A stretch of 64,000 nucleotides of DNA from contig JAANOX010000126.1 of NCBI GenBank assembly GCA_020184695.1, positions 1 through 64,000 on the forward strand, written 5' to 3'. Of the stretch, positions 43,801 to 53,132 are shown one piece after another; within the stretch, counting starts at the first letter, position 1; the number at the start of each line of letters is the position of its first letter. The notes below the pieces were generated by a model that made no database searches, was not told where the DNA came from, and was given only the letters and a program-made list of their open reading frames with translations. This DNA is from Histomonas meleagridis 2922-C6/04-290x (lineage: Eukaryota > Protista > Parabasalia). A program made the translations under genes and the position numbers.

Positions 43801-45962
43801 AATCAAATTATTCATTTTCTTGTGATGCTAAAATGATACAATTATTTAAGACATTTGATGGTAAATTCTTTATTAATAAGAAACAAATATTCTTTAGTGG
43901 TTCAACAACTGAAAAGAACACAAATAATACTGAACGGAAATCAATTGAAATTAAAACACAAGATTTATATATGGTCTTACAAAGGAATTATTTACATGTA
44001 CCTTGTGGATTAGAATTCTTTACTAATCAACGTAAAAGTTATTTAATAATGTTTCCAAATCCGAGTGTTAAGAAATCAATTATTCGAATATTACAAAAGT
44101 TAAAATTAAGTCGATTAAAATATTTCCAAGATTCTTCAGCTTCTTCATTATTAGAAGAAATGGATTTAACACATCAATGGTTATCTGGTAAAATCTCGAA
44201 TTATCATTATTTAATTATGCTTAACTTTTTAGCAGGACGAAGTTTTAATGATTTAACACAATATCCAATCTTTCCATGGGTATTACAAGATTATACTAGT
44301 GAAAAATTAGATTTATCAAATGAATCAATTTATCGAGATTTAAGTAAACCTATTGGAGCATTAAATGAAGATCGATTAGAACATTTAATAGAAGTCTGTA
44401 AAGAAATGGATGAAGAGAATCAATTTTTATATAAAGTCCATTATTCTAATTCATATTTTGTTACATATTATTTATTACGATTAGAACCATATACAACAAT
44501 TAATATTAAAATGCAAGATAATAAATTTGATCAAAGTAGTCGAATCTTTTCATCAATACCAATGTTATGGGACACGGTAACGTCACCAAGTATAGCTGAT
44601 TATCGAGAATTAATACCTGAGTTTTATACTACGCCTAAGTTCTTAGTTAATGCAGATGGGTTTAATTTAGGATTAAATCCAGATGGTAGTAAAATCGATG
44701 ATGTAATATTACCTAAATGGGCTAAAGATCATAATGATTTTATCTCCAAACATCGTGCAGCTTTAGAAAGTACTTATATCAGTATAAACTTATGTAAATG
44801 GATTGATTTAATATTTGGTTATAAACAAAATGGAAAAGAAGCAATAGCAGCAAATAATACATTTCATCCTTATACATATCCTACATATTTAACGAATGAA
44901 GTAATGAATAATCCGGAGAAATTAATACAATGTCAACAATTCGCTGCTTTATTTGGTATTATCCCTAATCAATTATTTAAATCTGCACATCCTTCACGTA
45001 GTGAATCATCGATTATTAAGTTAAAAGTAATACGAAAGAATAACTTAAATACCATCTTTAAAGTACCATCGAAACCAATCTTTGTATCGGGTAATCTTAA
45101 TACATTAGTTACAGTAACTATTGATGGTATCTTATATGTATATAATAATCATAATAATAGCTTAATAGAAACTCCTATAGGTCAGTGTGTAGTTAAAAAT
45201 AATGAAAACTTAACTGAGAAATCATTCGATTATAACATGGACAAAAAATTATTTATTGCTTCTTCTCCTTTAGATTCAATATTCCATATATATCAAATCA
45301 ATGAAGATAATGTAAAACTTTTAACATCCAAACGTCAAAACTCATTAATTCATTCATTGATTATCCCTTCACAAGACTTTTTAATGACGGCTTCAAGAGA
45401 TTCTTCATTAATATTATGGAAACTTAAGCAGCAACAACAACAACAACATCCAACAATGAATTATCAAATTTCTCCACATTCTTCGCCTATTGTTGATTTC
45501 GATACTTCGAATCTTTCCGATTTAATCATTTGCGCATATAAATCACGTAAAATTACATTGAACAAATTAAGCGATGGCTCAAACCTTCATTCGATTACAA
45601 TGGATTTACCAATTCTTAACGTAAGATTAACTCATATCCCAACATTGTTAGTGATATTGTCATCAAATAATGGTAAAAGTGTGAAATTGGTTTCATTAGG
45701 TACTGATATGGAATTCATTTCTGAATCAGAAATCGATTCCGACGCAGTAAATTGTTGTGAAATTACATTAAATGGTAAAAACTCGTTGTTGGCGTTGTCT
45801 GATAAAAGAAGACACTTGAGCATTTTGTCTTTGCCGGCGTTCTTGAACTTAAAGACAATAGAAGTAGATAGTAATATTACTTCGCTCGATTACGACCCAA
45901 GTACGTGGACACTGGTGATGGGATTGGAAAATAATAGCGTGCAGGCGTGGACATTACGTTAA
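37809..45962 (+). CDS. Beige/BEACH-domain protein (ConA-like, PH, BEACH, WD40)
   Basis: Motifs: WLSGKISNYHYLIMLNFLAGRSFNDLTQYPIFPWVLQDY, DYRELIPEFY, HRAALES and WIDLIFGYKQNG, with C-terminal WD40 repeats. Confidence 0.95.
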   Translation: MIIQFSLGSVFCKEKVKTRKIIPMIPILPIIPRKGPKSDSFEDITLFWFKRCNQKISDIIKEFPFLKPILFDYSDKSINSKLLKGKKKDKQAIIKILELENKPAQQMFDVSRTLLENIATLKSSSHAFDVVLPMLYRFLINYTIYAQNVLTKNTYFSNEQISSINDGLTIFSLFYALPPDSSKDSLVIIGLFHEFLSKYILELNNTLVESIRLYICAFLKVTISTLQKNSSSSLFIKQYSFLTTMYSYSINLFDKGNFTREEYDLCYSVGNVILKLSSEDSTKYKNEIIKPFVASTVGMVQKLININPSPDDKFYVFDCISGFLGFLFNISKIVDISEFISESEILDIFICSFLWVKTNFLTFSSKSTKIPHKTLEFTDTSNLVYKEIPDFQWIKYKSSNENFEIDTSTFNGPLDVPEAHARLFLSIISNFSNTPYKYSIIKSMIQLFKTSNEKSTKENSLIIYFIVRFFLNYDQQLINQVFTEENFWETLMTCYLFNRFHTFIQSENGDMKFYQKIRLGIYNIILTCLEVSNEEQTIEILNSIGSLTQIAGPELSLSIAKLYRSVLQINKPDFYISIYQSNLINSYYNYQYKLQLIFLRTKSNKQKEHVIKNRVNLFSIHSVFLENKETKLILISSLGFMQFMFHLLYEEQFKEHALKLLQKAIVIDEEEALNIDGNKILPFRNFFKLFGTIINHSVENIENEDSYKLINDLIVLLKNAIITKRKTLMNQFNKFDILPFLLNISKSIIDKIGQESKPYMINLVKIISQISRSDHTYQKILYCKPLRILEKVSNLLSRITFEEDIIEILLATIFEVNMKLNELPKFVEIKFYKALLYLHLSTVHLPNYHSILMNFLSSISENSFTNCLHIYKSKLLLSLIDYIKNYPDLSIISDDRISSVFSSLGLFYTVSSFIMKPRVFIETTQLFKPLDGKRVWWTNNFINGFHNILEQDKSHLPSSFIHFSGSNTGLMLPKIQNTNISKEFSFVTRFNIDMTHYDQDKEPRLLSLKSTNDSIIEIIFRNEALYIDIKFGKKKQKIVSNKLEFDIKTNIWYTFGLSYQNGDFKIFIDGNKINSFSISNLKLENIDQWNIAKSILNDCSLTCNISIIYLFSQYLNRSIMKSISNLPLDYIYSFVPSNINLFPSMSQSLFNGDLESSLLLCYNSRMTLGKSMFNLSQKSNENAQFDGDIVPFSSTLISDMFNMGGIQQLIPLFEQVDLPLISNKGNNDALNFFNSLINLFVSFILYSKDFEDLFFSSNGMKSFSYLLTTIDPKNLTKEFLFGMYNLYYSLVSESHKEEMIKMFWFNYNIWKGKDETYHESLVISVLQKILEKNPTFFTSIISFSYIFTYINLMNEVEKREKYWPFLILYASKQFTLNEQEFMYQSCFTLTNLIVKLEALNVLYALFSQRIFDCHLLFSNKKYYYSFIKFASEPIEELRIIGLKFIVLAYQHLTQGFITNLPPMTETINNYINIYDFEDLTDKTWKESIELFFNRIELMKYILPFIAFISHKFEPDRILEFLTQFKNYIQTKDCEQLITSDCYIYIFYLFLQLSKPLLNLETDKNINLIIDIYSTIMIKLINNQNSTHLQSIIGFFHLIQINKKWNMMYLLDKIFVKVIESFDTLKENMLNIIISEIFSFLFIIPNYDESYYNIDFYNKFSIVIPIKNEIEFDTNFTLKEFINSLQTTQTFSIKSSLSIRLFNNNWIDYDLAYKTYNLIIKDMNLMEKQILINKNPFLLAEILTYISSNLIRINYDIIFEIIKTLIKVYSKLNNDLFNKCVSIFSSYLYPLSCQKETVQPHLQYFVNEISQIHQKQKESFKFLPDFYGIISSEWLTSLTTISESYQIIYNQLLSKSLQNIINSQVFTENLKHYPDIDEDNFYNIYEEHSLSFIHNAYSCSKSFEHLKRELNTNIDRNNNENIKQHWKLSLKLDGYWRHCQIKVNNNFDLHQMASILRDSRTKEEADTTIQQLNLKDNMINNNTNNLESESIEDVSTEEESNYSFSCDAKMIQLFKTFDGKFFINKKQIFFSGSTTEKNTNNTERKSIEIKTQDLYMVLQRNYLHVPCGLEFFTNQRKSYLIMFPNPSVKKSIIRILQKLKLSRLKYFQDSSASSLLEEMDLTHQWLSGKISNYHYLIMLNFLAGRSFNDLTQYPIFPWVLQDYTSEKLDLSNESIYRDLSKPIGALNEDRLEHLIEVCKEMDEENQFLYKVHYSNSYFVTYYLLRLEPYTTINIKMQDNKFDQSSRIFSSIPMLWDTVTSPSIADYRELIPEFYTTPKFLVNADGFNLGLNPDGSKIDDVILPKWAKDHNDFISKHRAALESTYISINLCKWIDLIFGYKQNGKEAIAANNTFHPYTYPTYLTNEVMNNPEKLIQCQQFAALFGIIPNQLFKSAHPSRSESSIIKLKVIRKNNLNTIFKVPSKPIFVSGNLNTLVTVTIDGILYVYNNHNNSLIETPIGQCVVKNNENLTEKSFDYNMDKKLFIASSPLDSIFHIYQINEDNVKLLTSKRQNSLIHSLIIPSQDFLMTASRDSSLILWKLKQQQQQQHPTMNYQISPHSSPIVDFDTSNLSDLIICAYKSRKITLNKLSDGSNLHSITMDLPILNVRLTHIPTLLVILSSNNGKSVKLVSLGTDMEFISESEIDSDAVNCCEITLNGKNSLLALSDKRRHLSILSLPAFLNLKTIEVDSNITSLDYDPSTWTLVMGLENNSVQAWTLR

Positions 45963-46528
45963 AAAATATTAAATAGTATTAATTTTTCAAATAAAAAAAA
46001 ATTTTTTTTTATTGAAGAAAGTAAATTTGATTTAACAACAGTCACTGATCATGAAGATCTTTCATTAAAAAAAGTTGGAAAATGGAGTGCTGAAAGAGAT
46101 ATCTCCAGCGTTATCAGAGTGGGAATTGTCAAAAGATTTGTAACAGAAATTGCTAATTAGCAATTTTCAGGAGTTCATAACGGTCACGAGCGAGGTGGAA
46201 ATTCGAAATTGTCACGTGACACTTTTTTAAAGTTTCCCAAAGTTCCACTTTTTGTGAGTATCGTTTGCGGGGTATGCACTTGGTTGAAACTTCTCCAAAA
46301 ATGAGATGCGAAAGAGTGATCATTCAAAGAGTGATTCTTTTTAATGATGGTGCGCCAATTGATATTTTATTGATAAAAACTACATTAAGCAAATATTTTT
46401 TTTATTGAACAATTTTTAAAAAGTGACAGGTGAGAATTATCCTTTCAACCTGCAGGTTAATATGTGGCAAACCTTTCGAGAGACCGTTATTTAAACGTAT
46501 ATTGCTATTAACGTATTTATTTGAAAAC

Positions 46529-47617
46529 ATGTCTTCCGTAGTTTCATCACAATTTGGAACTTATACATCATCTCGTGATAGTTCAACGATATCTGGAAAT
46601 ACAGAAAGGGAAGATTTTACACCAACACAGGAAAATTTAGAAAATTTAATTCAAAGAACAGAAGTAATGAAACGTGAAAATGCTCTTTTTATAGAATATG
46701 CAAGACGGAACAATAAAGAATTATTTCCACCCGGTCAACCAATTGAGAATACAACACGCAGAGCACGAATTCGTAAACGTGGCAAGATTCTACAATTTCC
46801 TACCAATCGTAAACTTGAGATGGCCACGCAAGTCATTGAGAAGATTGAAAATGACATCAAACTTGAAGAACATCGAGGTTCCAATCAAATTGCCGAAATA
46901 CGAGCACGTCAAGTCCAAGTCCTTGTACGTGAGAAAGAAATAGAGAAAGAGATGCTTCAGTTTACCAAAGAAGTCATTGAAGAAGGACGTGATGAACGTT
47001 CAGGTCATATTATTGGCGAAAAACTTCTTAAATGGTATGACGATACAATCAAATCAAAAGAATCCAAAATCTCCAAACTGCATCTTAAACGTGATTCCAT
47101 GAAGTCGCAAATAGCGCGAACTCGAGCTCGCCTTCAACAAAAGCTTGAGCTCGGCGAAAAATTACAACAAGTTGATTATGATCAATTAAAAATTGATCGC
47201 GATGCATATCAAGTTGAAATAACGAAATTATCACAAAAACTTGCGTCACTTCAAAAGACGTCATCGTCAGTAGTTTCTCGTTTAAATGATGCGCGAAGTA
47301 CACTTGCGAACGAAGAGAAAAGATGTAAAATGATGGCGCAAAGTATTGAGCAAAAGCAAAAAGCAATCGGAAAGTATGCAAAGGAAGCAGAAATTGTTGA
47401 AGAAGATCATGAGAAATTAAAAATGAGTAACATCGAAATCGCAACAAAGAAGTCCGAGTACAGAGTACCTGATGTGTCTGATTACATTGATAAAAAGGCA
47501 AAAATTTATGAGTTGTCAAAGGTAATAAAAAATTGGGAAAGAAAAGTGCAATTAGCCGAAATGAATGTAAAAAGACTTAGAAAAGAATTGAAAGCACTCG
47601 ACTCACCACGTAAATAA
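46529..47617 (+). CDS. CCDC113: CCDC113/CCDC96-family (DUF4201) ciliary coiled-coil protein
   Basis: LQQKLELGEKLQQVDYDQLKIDR and YRVPDVSDYIDKK...WERKVQLAEM match the family pattern as I recall it. Confidence 0.7.
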   Translation: MSSVVSSQFGTYTSSRDSSTISGNTEREDFTPTQENLENLIQRTEVMKRENALFIEYARRNNKELFPPGQPIENTTRRARIRKRGKILQFPTNRKLEMATQVIEKIENDIKLEEHRGSNQIAEIRARQVQVLVREKEIEKEMLQFTKEVIEEGRDERSGHIIGEKLLKWYDDTIKSKESKISKLHLKRDSMKSQIARTRARLQQKLELGEKLQQVDYDQLKIDRDAYQVEITKLSQKLASLQKTSSSVVSRLNDARSTLANEEKRCKMMAQSIEQKQKAIGKYAKEAEIVEEDHEKLKMSNIEIATKKSEYRVPDVSDYIDKKAKIYELSKVIKNWERKVQLAEMNVKRLRKELKALDSPRK

Positions 47618-48069
47618 TTGTTTTTTATAAATAAATATAAAAAGAGGGGATTTGAATGGAAAACGATTAAAGGAAGTGAAGTGAAAATTTGGAGCACACA
47701 AAAAGCTGAAATATTGAATTCAATTCTTTAAAGAAACAATATCATAAATTTTTGTCGGTAGAAGTTTTTTAATTGATATATTTTTTTGAAATTAGTATAC
47801 ATATGACTATGTTAGAATCAAATAAAAAATTTATGAGCAAATTTTGAGAAAAAAAAAATTATTTTTTTCATGTAAAGCATTTAAATGATCACTTTTACAA
47901 TTGTTTTTAATCGTAATTGTCGCTTTTGAAATATTTTCACTTTTTGAGTCTAATTTTACCGTCTTGTGTTAAGCTTTGATTCAGCCATACATTGACAATT
48001 TTTGAAAACCCAAAGGCACGGATTGAATACATATTGTCTTTTTTCTAACAACGGTTTGTGTGTTTTCGT

Positions 48070-48805
48070 GTTGAAATTGATCGTTTTGGATTGAGGGAGA
48101 AACTTCAACTTCTCGAACAAATAATTTTTGGTTTGGATAAAGGAAAAATTACACAATCAGCACAATTAATTACCGATATGATTGATTTAAAATATCCATA
48201 TTCTTTTAATCTTATTATTACAAGAATGCTTTGGGTTTCAATTAATATTTATTATTTAAAATAAAATTTTGAAAAATATTAATTTGGAAAAATTCGGAAT
48301 TAAATGTATAAAATATTGCAATTATGAAATTTTAACATTTTTGCAAAAAGAAGGAATAAAAATCAATCAAATTATAAATATAACAGCAAAATATGGAAAC
48401 TTATATCTTGTTAAATGTTTTCTTAAAATCTGTCAATATCCATATGAGATTTTAAATTTTTCCACGGGATCAGAAAATTATGAGCTTGTTAAATATATAT
48501 TAAAACAAAATGGAATTGATATAAATTCTATAGATATTTATTTGTTTTAATTTATGTTTGTTTTAATGATTAAATATTTGAAAATAATATTTAGAAATTA
48601 TTTAAAATATTCGAAACGGCACTTATGTATGCATCTAAAAAAGATTATACTGAAATAGTTAAATAACTTCTTGTGCAAGAAGGAATTGATATAAATGCTA
48701 AAAATAAAATTCATTTTAAATATTTTATGTTTTAAAATAATATTTGAAAATTATTTGAATTATTTAATACAGCACTTATATTAGCATCTAGATATGGTTA
48801 CATGT
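48070..48805 (+). pseudogene. Internally deleted DUF3447-like/ankyrin pseudogene with two spacers (80 nt at 48536-48615; 63 nt at 48706-48768)
   Basis: The N-terminal piece (LQLLEQIIFGLDK...YPYSFNLIITRML) and late piece (YCNYEILTFLQKEGI...GNLYLVK...GIDINSIDIYLF) parallel the 32341 gene, with the middle missing. There is an in-frame TAA at VK*LL, and the 3' end is truncated by the duplicated block. Confidence 0.8.
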
Positions 48806-49756
48806 GATGCCCTTCTCCTTTACTTCCTCCTGAAGTCCTTAGAGTATAAGCAGTTGGCCTCATAAATCTTGGTGCAAAATCATACATTACCCATTGATTA
48901 GAGCCTCTATATTACCATTAGATTCTTTGATAAAAAGAAGAGATGGGATAATCGAATCAGGAGTAAAAGTTGATTCAAGACATTCTTGTGAAGCAGAGAG
49001 TAAATCTCTAATACCAAGTGCACTAGATATAAGATATGTAATAGCACAATTTTGAGATGTTAAGTTAAAATCATTCCCATAAAAATAGTCAATAATTTTT
49101 GGAAATACATGAAGATCATCATGAATTTCAAATGAGATTACATTTTGTTGAGGATTTGATGAAATAATTTCCAGAATTTTAGGAGAGATTGCAGAGGCAA
49201 CAATTGAATGACACTTATATTCTTCTTCATTATTCTTAATCACAATATCAGTTGGAATAGGACCATTTTGGAGTGACTTAAAACTTGCTTGGGGTGAGGA
49301 TATTATACGTTCAGTTATCATCTTTGAGGATGAACATTTTTGGCGCCACAATTTTTAACTTTTTTGTTCCAGCTTGAAATTAAATGATGAAAAAAACGAG
49401 GTTTTAAAATTTGTTTCCCCATCACATATATAATGATATTATATTGTGAAAATTAATTTTTTAAAATACATGTATTAATGAAATTTTTTCACAAATTAAA
49501 AAGCTTAATGAAATAGAAAAATTATGTTTTATCTTAAATTTACTCATAAAGTGTTATGAATTGAGTCGTAGACAATGAACATTGTGGAATGCTTTTTATC
49601 GCATATTTGACAAACCGTTACGAATTTGATTAAATTAATAAAGTATTGAAAATGGGTAAAATTTGGAAGGGTAATTTACACGGAAAATAATTTTTGATGA
49701 ATCTCCAATTTTTGACTTCTTTTGGCGACCACGTTCCTCTAAATCAATTTAAACCA
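48806..49756. repeat. Recent direct duplication of 26148-26243 (96 bp) joined to 26794-27645 (852 bp): truncated BTB gene, whole divergent promoter and first 20 codons of PP2A-B55
   Basis: Offsets 22658 and 22111 were checked at both ends and imply a deletion of about 547 bp in the copy. Only scattered substitutions are seen (e.g. gggatcatcg/gggataatcg, tctttaata/tctctaata). Confidence 0.93.
48887..49351 (-). pseudogene. Truncated copy of the BTB-discoidin gene (BTB only)
   Basis: Nearly identical to the first 148 aa of 25900-27240, then runs into the deletion junction (IEALING*). Confidence 0.85.
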
Positions 49757-50043
49757 TCGTATATTTGACACAAAAAACACCGCATGCAATATTCAATTAA
49801 CTGCTCGGAAATTGATCATTTTCCACACAAAAAAAAAAAACAGCTGATGTTTATAACGATAAGTATTCAATCTTGTTTTCAAACAGGGTATTTATGACTA
49901 TAAACTTTTTGTGAACCTATCAGCGGCAAATCTTAAATGACAGCCAATTATCGTATTCAAAAATTGAAAGCATATTTTTTTCTGATGTTTTTACAGGAAT
50001 TTTTACAGCGTTCAACGGCCTCATTTTTTATTATTGATTATTG

Positions 50044-52851
50044 ATGAAAAATCTTAATGTTGTTCAACTCATATTTATATTAATTAGTGCTTTATTTATT
50101 GTTCACTCGAATGAAGAAATTTATAATGAAGAAACAGAAACGCTTACAATAACAAATGCTAATCAATTTATATCAGAATACTTAAGTTGCAAAGGTAAAG
50201 TCAAGTATGTTATCATTCATAGTGGAGTTGCTAGAATTTCAGATCGTGCTTTTTATGGATGGAACACAATAATTACTGTTGAAATTGGTAATTCAGTTAC
50301 TGCAATTGGAAATAGCTCTTTTTTATCATGCACAAGTCTAACCACTGTAACTTTTGCTAATGTGCAAACGATCAATGGAAATGCATTTGAATCATGCATA
50401 TCATTAACTACATTTACATTTCCAAGTTCAGTTAGATTAATTGGCATGTGTTCTTTTAAAGGTTGTAACAAACTTTCAGAAATAATAATAGAAGAAGGTG
50501 TTAAAACAATTGAAGAATATGCATTTCAAGGTTGCATTATGCAAAGTATTACAATTCCAACTTCAATAACATCAATAGCATCTCAATCATTTTATAATTG
50601 TTATCAACTTCAGGCAATTAATATTGATGAAGGAAATTCTCATTATTCTAACAATGCTAATGATGGAGTTCTATATAATAAAATGCTTACAAATATTATA
50701 TGTTATCCGAGAGATAAAACAAATACTGCATTCACTGTTCCAAATTCAGTTACTTCAATTGGAAGCTATGCATATCATTCATGTGCTAATTTACTAACAA
50801 TAACATTTCCCTCTAATCTTAAATCAATAGAAAGTTATGCATTTTATTCTTGTTTAAAATTAAATTCATTTACATTTAGCAAATCATTAGAAATACTGGA
50901 TGACTCTGCATTCGAATTATGCATAGCAATCACAACAGTAACAATCCCAAATTCAGTAAATAGAATTGGTAAAGGTGCATTTAATGGTTGTAGTCAACTT
51001 TCATCATTAACAATTGAAGAAGGTGTTCAAACAATTGATGATTCTGCATTTAATTCATGTATATCATTAAAAGAAGTTATAATTCCAAGTTCAATTGATA
51101 GAATTGGCAACACTGCATTTTATAAATGTAATCAAATTTCATCATTAGTTTTAAAAGAAGGAATTGGTAATATTGATCAATGTGCATTTGAATCATGTAT
51201 ATCATTAAAAGAAGTTACAATTCCAGGAACAGTCAATACAATCAATAATAATGCATTTGTGTTTTGCTCTAATATTGAAACAGTAACAATTGGAGAAGGT
51301 GTTAAAGCAATTGGAGCTTTTGCATTTCAAAGATGTTCTAAATTAAAGTATATAATAATTCCGAAATCAATTACTTCTATTTTATCGAATCCATTTTTAG
51401 AATGTACGTCACTTCAGTATATTAAAGTTGATGATGAAAATTCACATTATTCTAATTATAATGATGATGTTGCTTTATATAGCAAAAATATTAAAAATAT
51501 TATTTGTTATCCAATTAATAATCAAGATAAATCTTTTACTATTCCAAATTCAGTTACTACAATCGGAGATTATGCGTTTCAATCATGTACAAATTTGGTA
51601 TCAATAATTATCGGGGAAAATGTTAATATAATCAATAGTTATGCATTTTATAAATGTAGAAATTTGAAATGTATTTATTATCATGGTAAAGCACCACCAC
51701 AATTTGGAATTTATACGTTTTCAGGTGTGTATGTTTCAAATATTATGGTGTTGGAAAGATACAATGGTCAGCCATTTAATCAAATAAGACCTACAACAAC
51801 AACAATTTCAGGATGTGATCCAATTTCAACTTATACATTTACAACATCACATACATTTTCTCAATCATATACATATTTTCAAAGTAATCCATTTACACAA
51901 TCAAATACATTTATAAAGAGTAAAATATTCACGCAAAGTAATATATTTACTAAAAGCAATCCATTTACTAGAAGTAACACAATGACACAAAGTAATACAT
52001 TTACTAAAAGTAATCCGTTTACACAATCAAACACATTCACAAAGAGTAAAATATTCACACAAAGTAATACATTCACTAGAAGTAATGCATTTACCCAATC
52101 AAATAAATTTACAAAAAGTAATATCTTCACAGAAAAAAATCCATTTACACAATCTAATCCTTTCACAGAGAGTGCTCGATTTACTAAATCAAGTGCATTT
52201 ACTAAAAGTAATGCATTCACTCAATCAAACACATTTACTAAAAGTAATATAGTTACTAAATCAAATCCACTATCTCAAATTAATACATTTTCTGAATTAA
52301 ATACACAGCCAAAATCATACATACAATCGAATACAGTATTTACAAAAACATACGAATTTCTAAATGATGTAACATATATTAGTGTATCGACACTTACAGT
52401 TTCATTAATGGTTACTCATTCTTTATCGATATATGGAATCACACAGACAAATTCAATTACCATTTCTTTCTTTAACTCAACATATGAATACATCACCACA
52501 ATGTTTATTTATTATGAATATACATTCATTGATTACACATTATATTATCTCGTATATTCTAATTTCTTCACTTTTTATAACCAAAACCAAGGAAAAAGCG
52601 ATGAGAGCAAATTACCAATGATCATTGCAATTTGTGCTTCTGTTGCACTTGTGATTATTATATGCGTAATTGCTATTGTTGTCATTCGAAAACATAATAG
52701 GAAATCAAATAACGCTGAAGAACAAGTCGATAGCTTAGATGGCGATTACGGAACTGAGACAGTACGCGACTTCTCGTTGACAGGCCCACAATTTTCTGAC
52801 TTGAAAGTAGACCCATTTGCAGAGGATTTCAACGAAGATGAAACACTATAA
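50044..52851 (+). CDS. BspA-like leucine-rich-repeat (TpLRR/LRR_5) type I membrane surface protein
   Basis: Signal-peptide-like N-terminus, about 20 xIPxSVxxIGxxAFxxCxxL repeats, a Ser/Thr stalk, a TM helix (MIIAICASVALVIIICVIAIVVI) and an acidic cytosolic tail ending DPFAEDFNEDETL. Confidence 0.93.
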   Translation: MKNLNVVQLIFILISALFIVHSNEEIYNEETETLTITNANQFISEYLSCKGKVKYVIIHSGVARISDRAFYGWNTIITVEIGNSVTAIGNSSFLSCTSLTTVTFANVQTINGNAFESCISLTTFTFPSSVRLIGMCSFKGCNKLSEIIIEEGVKTIEEYAFQGCIMQSITIPTSITSIASQSFYNCYQLQAINIDEGNSHYSNNANDGVLYNKMLTNIICYPRDKTNTAFTVPNSVTSIGSYAYHSCANLLTITFPSNLKSIESYAFYSCLKLNSFTFSKSLEILDDSAFELCIAITTVTIPNSVNRIGKGAFNGCSQLSSLTIEEGVQTIDDSAFNSCISLKEVIIPSSIDRIGNTAFYKCNQISSLVLKEGIGNIDQCAFESCISLKEVTIPGTVNTINNNAFVFCSNIETVTIGEGVKAIGAFAFQRCSKLKYIIIPKSITSILSNPFLECTSLQYIKVDDENSHYSNYNDDVALYSKNIKNIICYPINNQDKSFTIPNSVTTIGDYAFQSCTNLVSIIIGENVNIINSYAFYKCRNLKCIYYHGKAPPQFGIYTFSGVYVSNIMVLERYNGQPFNQIRPTTTTISGCDPISTYTFTTSHTFSQSYTYFQSNPFTQSNTFIKSKIFTQSNIFTKSNPFTRSNTMTQSNTFTKSNPFTQSNTFTKSKIFTQSNTFTRSNAFTQSNKFTKSNIFTEKNPFTQSNPFTESARFTKSSAFTKSNAFTQSNTFTKSNIVTKSNPLSQINTFSELNTQPKSYIQSNTVFTKTYEFLNDVTYISVSTLTVSLMVTHSLSIYGITQTNSITISFFNSTYEYITTMFIYYEYTFIDYTLYYLVYSNFFTFYNQNQGKSDESKLPMIIAICASVALVIIICVIAIVVIRKHNRKSNNAEEQVDSLDGDYGTETVRDFSLTGPQFSDLKVDPFAEDFNEDETL
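51838..52347 (+). repeat. Intragenic 18-nt (6-aa) repeat FT(Q/K/R)SN(T/I/P/A), more than 20 copies, forming the BspA stalk
   Basis: Visible directly in the translation and DNA (tttactaaaagtaat / tttacacaatcaaat variants). Confidence 0.9.
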
Positions 52852-53132
52852 ATGAAGAAACTATTTGTGAAGCCTTTCCACTTTTGTAGCAAATCAGCAA
52901 TAAAATGTAAATCCATAATATTTTTTTTAACTGGTTTTATTGTTTATAATGAAAATTCAGGAATTGCAATAACTTCAGTTTTTCTAGGTTCGCGTAATAT
53001 CCAATCAGATATGAATATTTTGCATTAGTTTTCAAATAAGTGAGACTGTTTAGCTTAAATGATACAGAAAAAATTATGTGACTAAGTATTCATTCAATTT
53101 GAGGGTGCCCTCATACGATAGAACGCTCAAAT

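Noticed and set aside
51879-52220. Antisense ORF with VNxLL repeats
   Set aside because: Reverse-strand shadow of the BspA 18-nt repeat.
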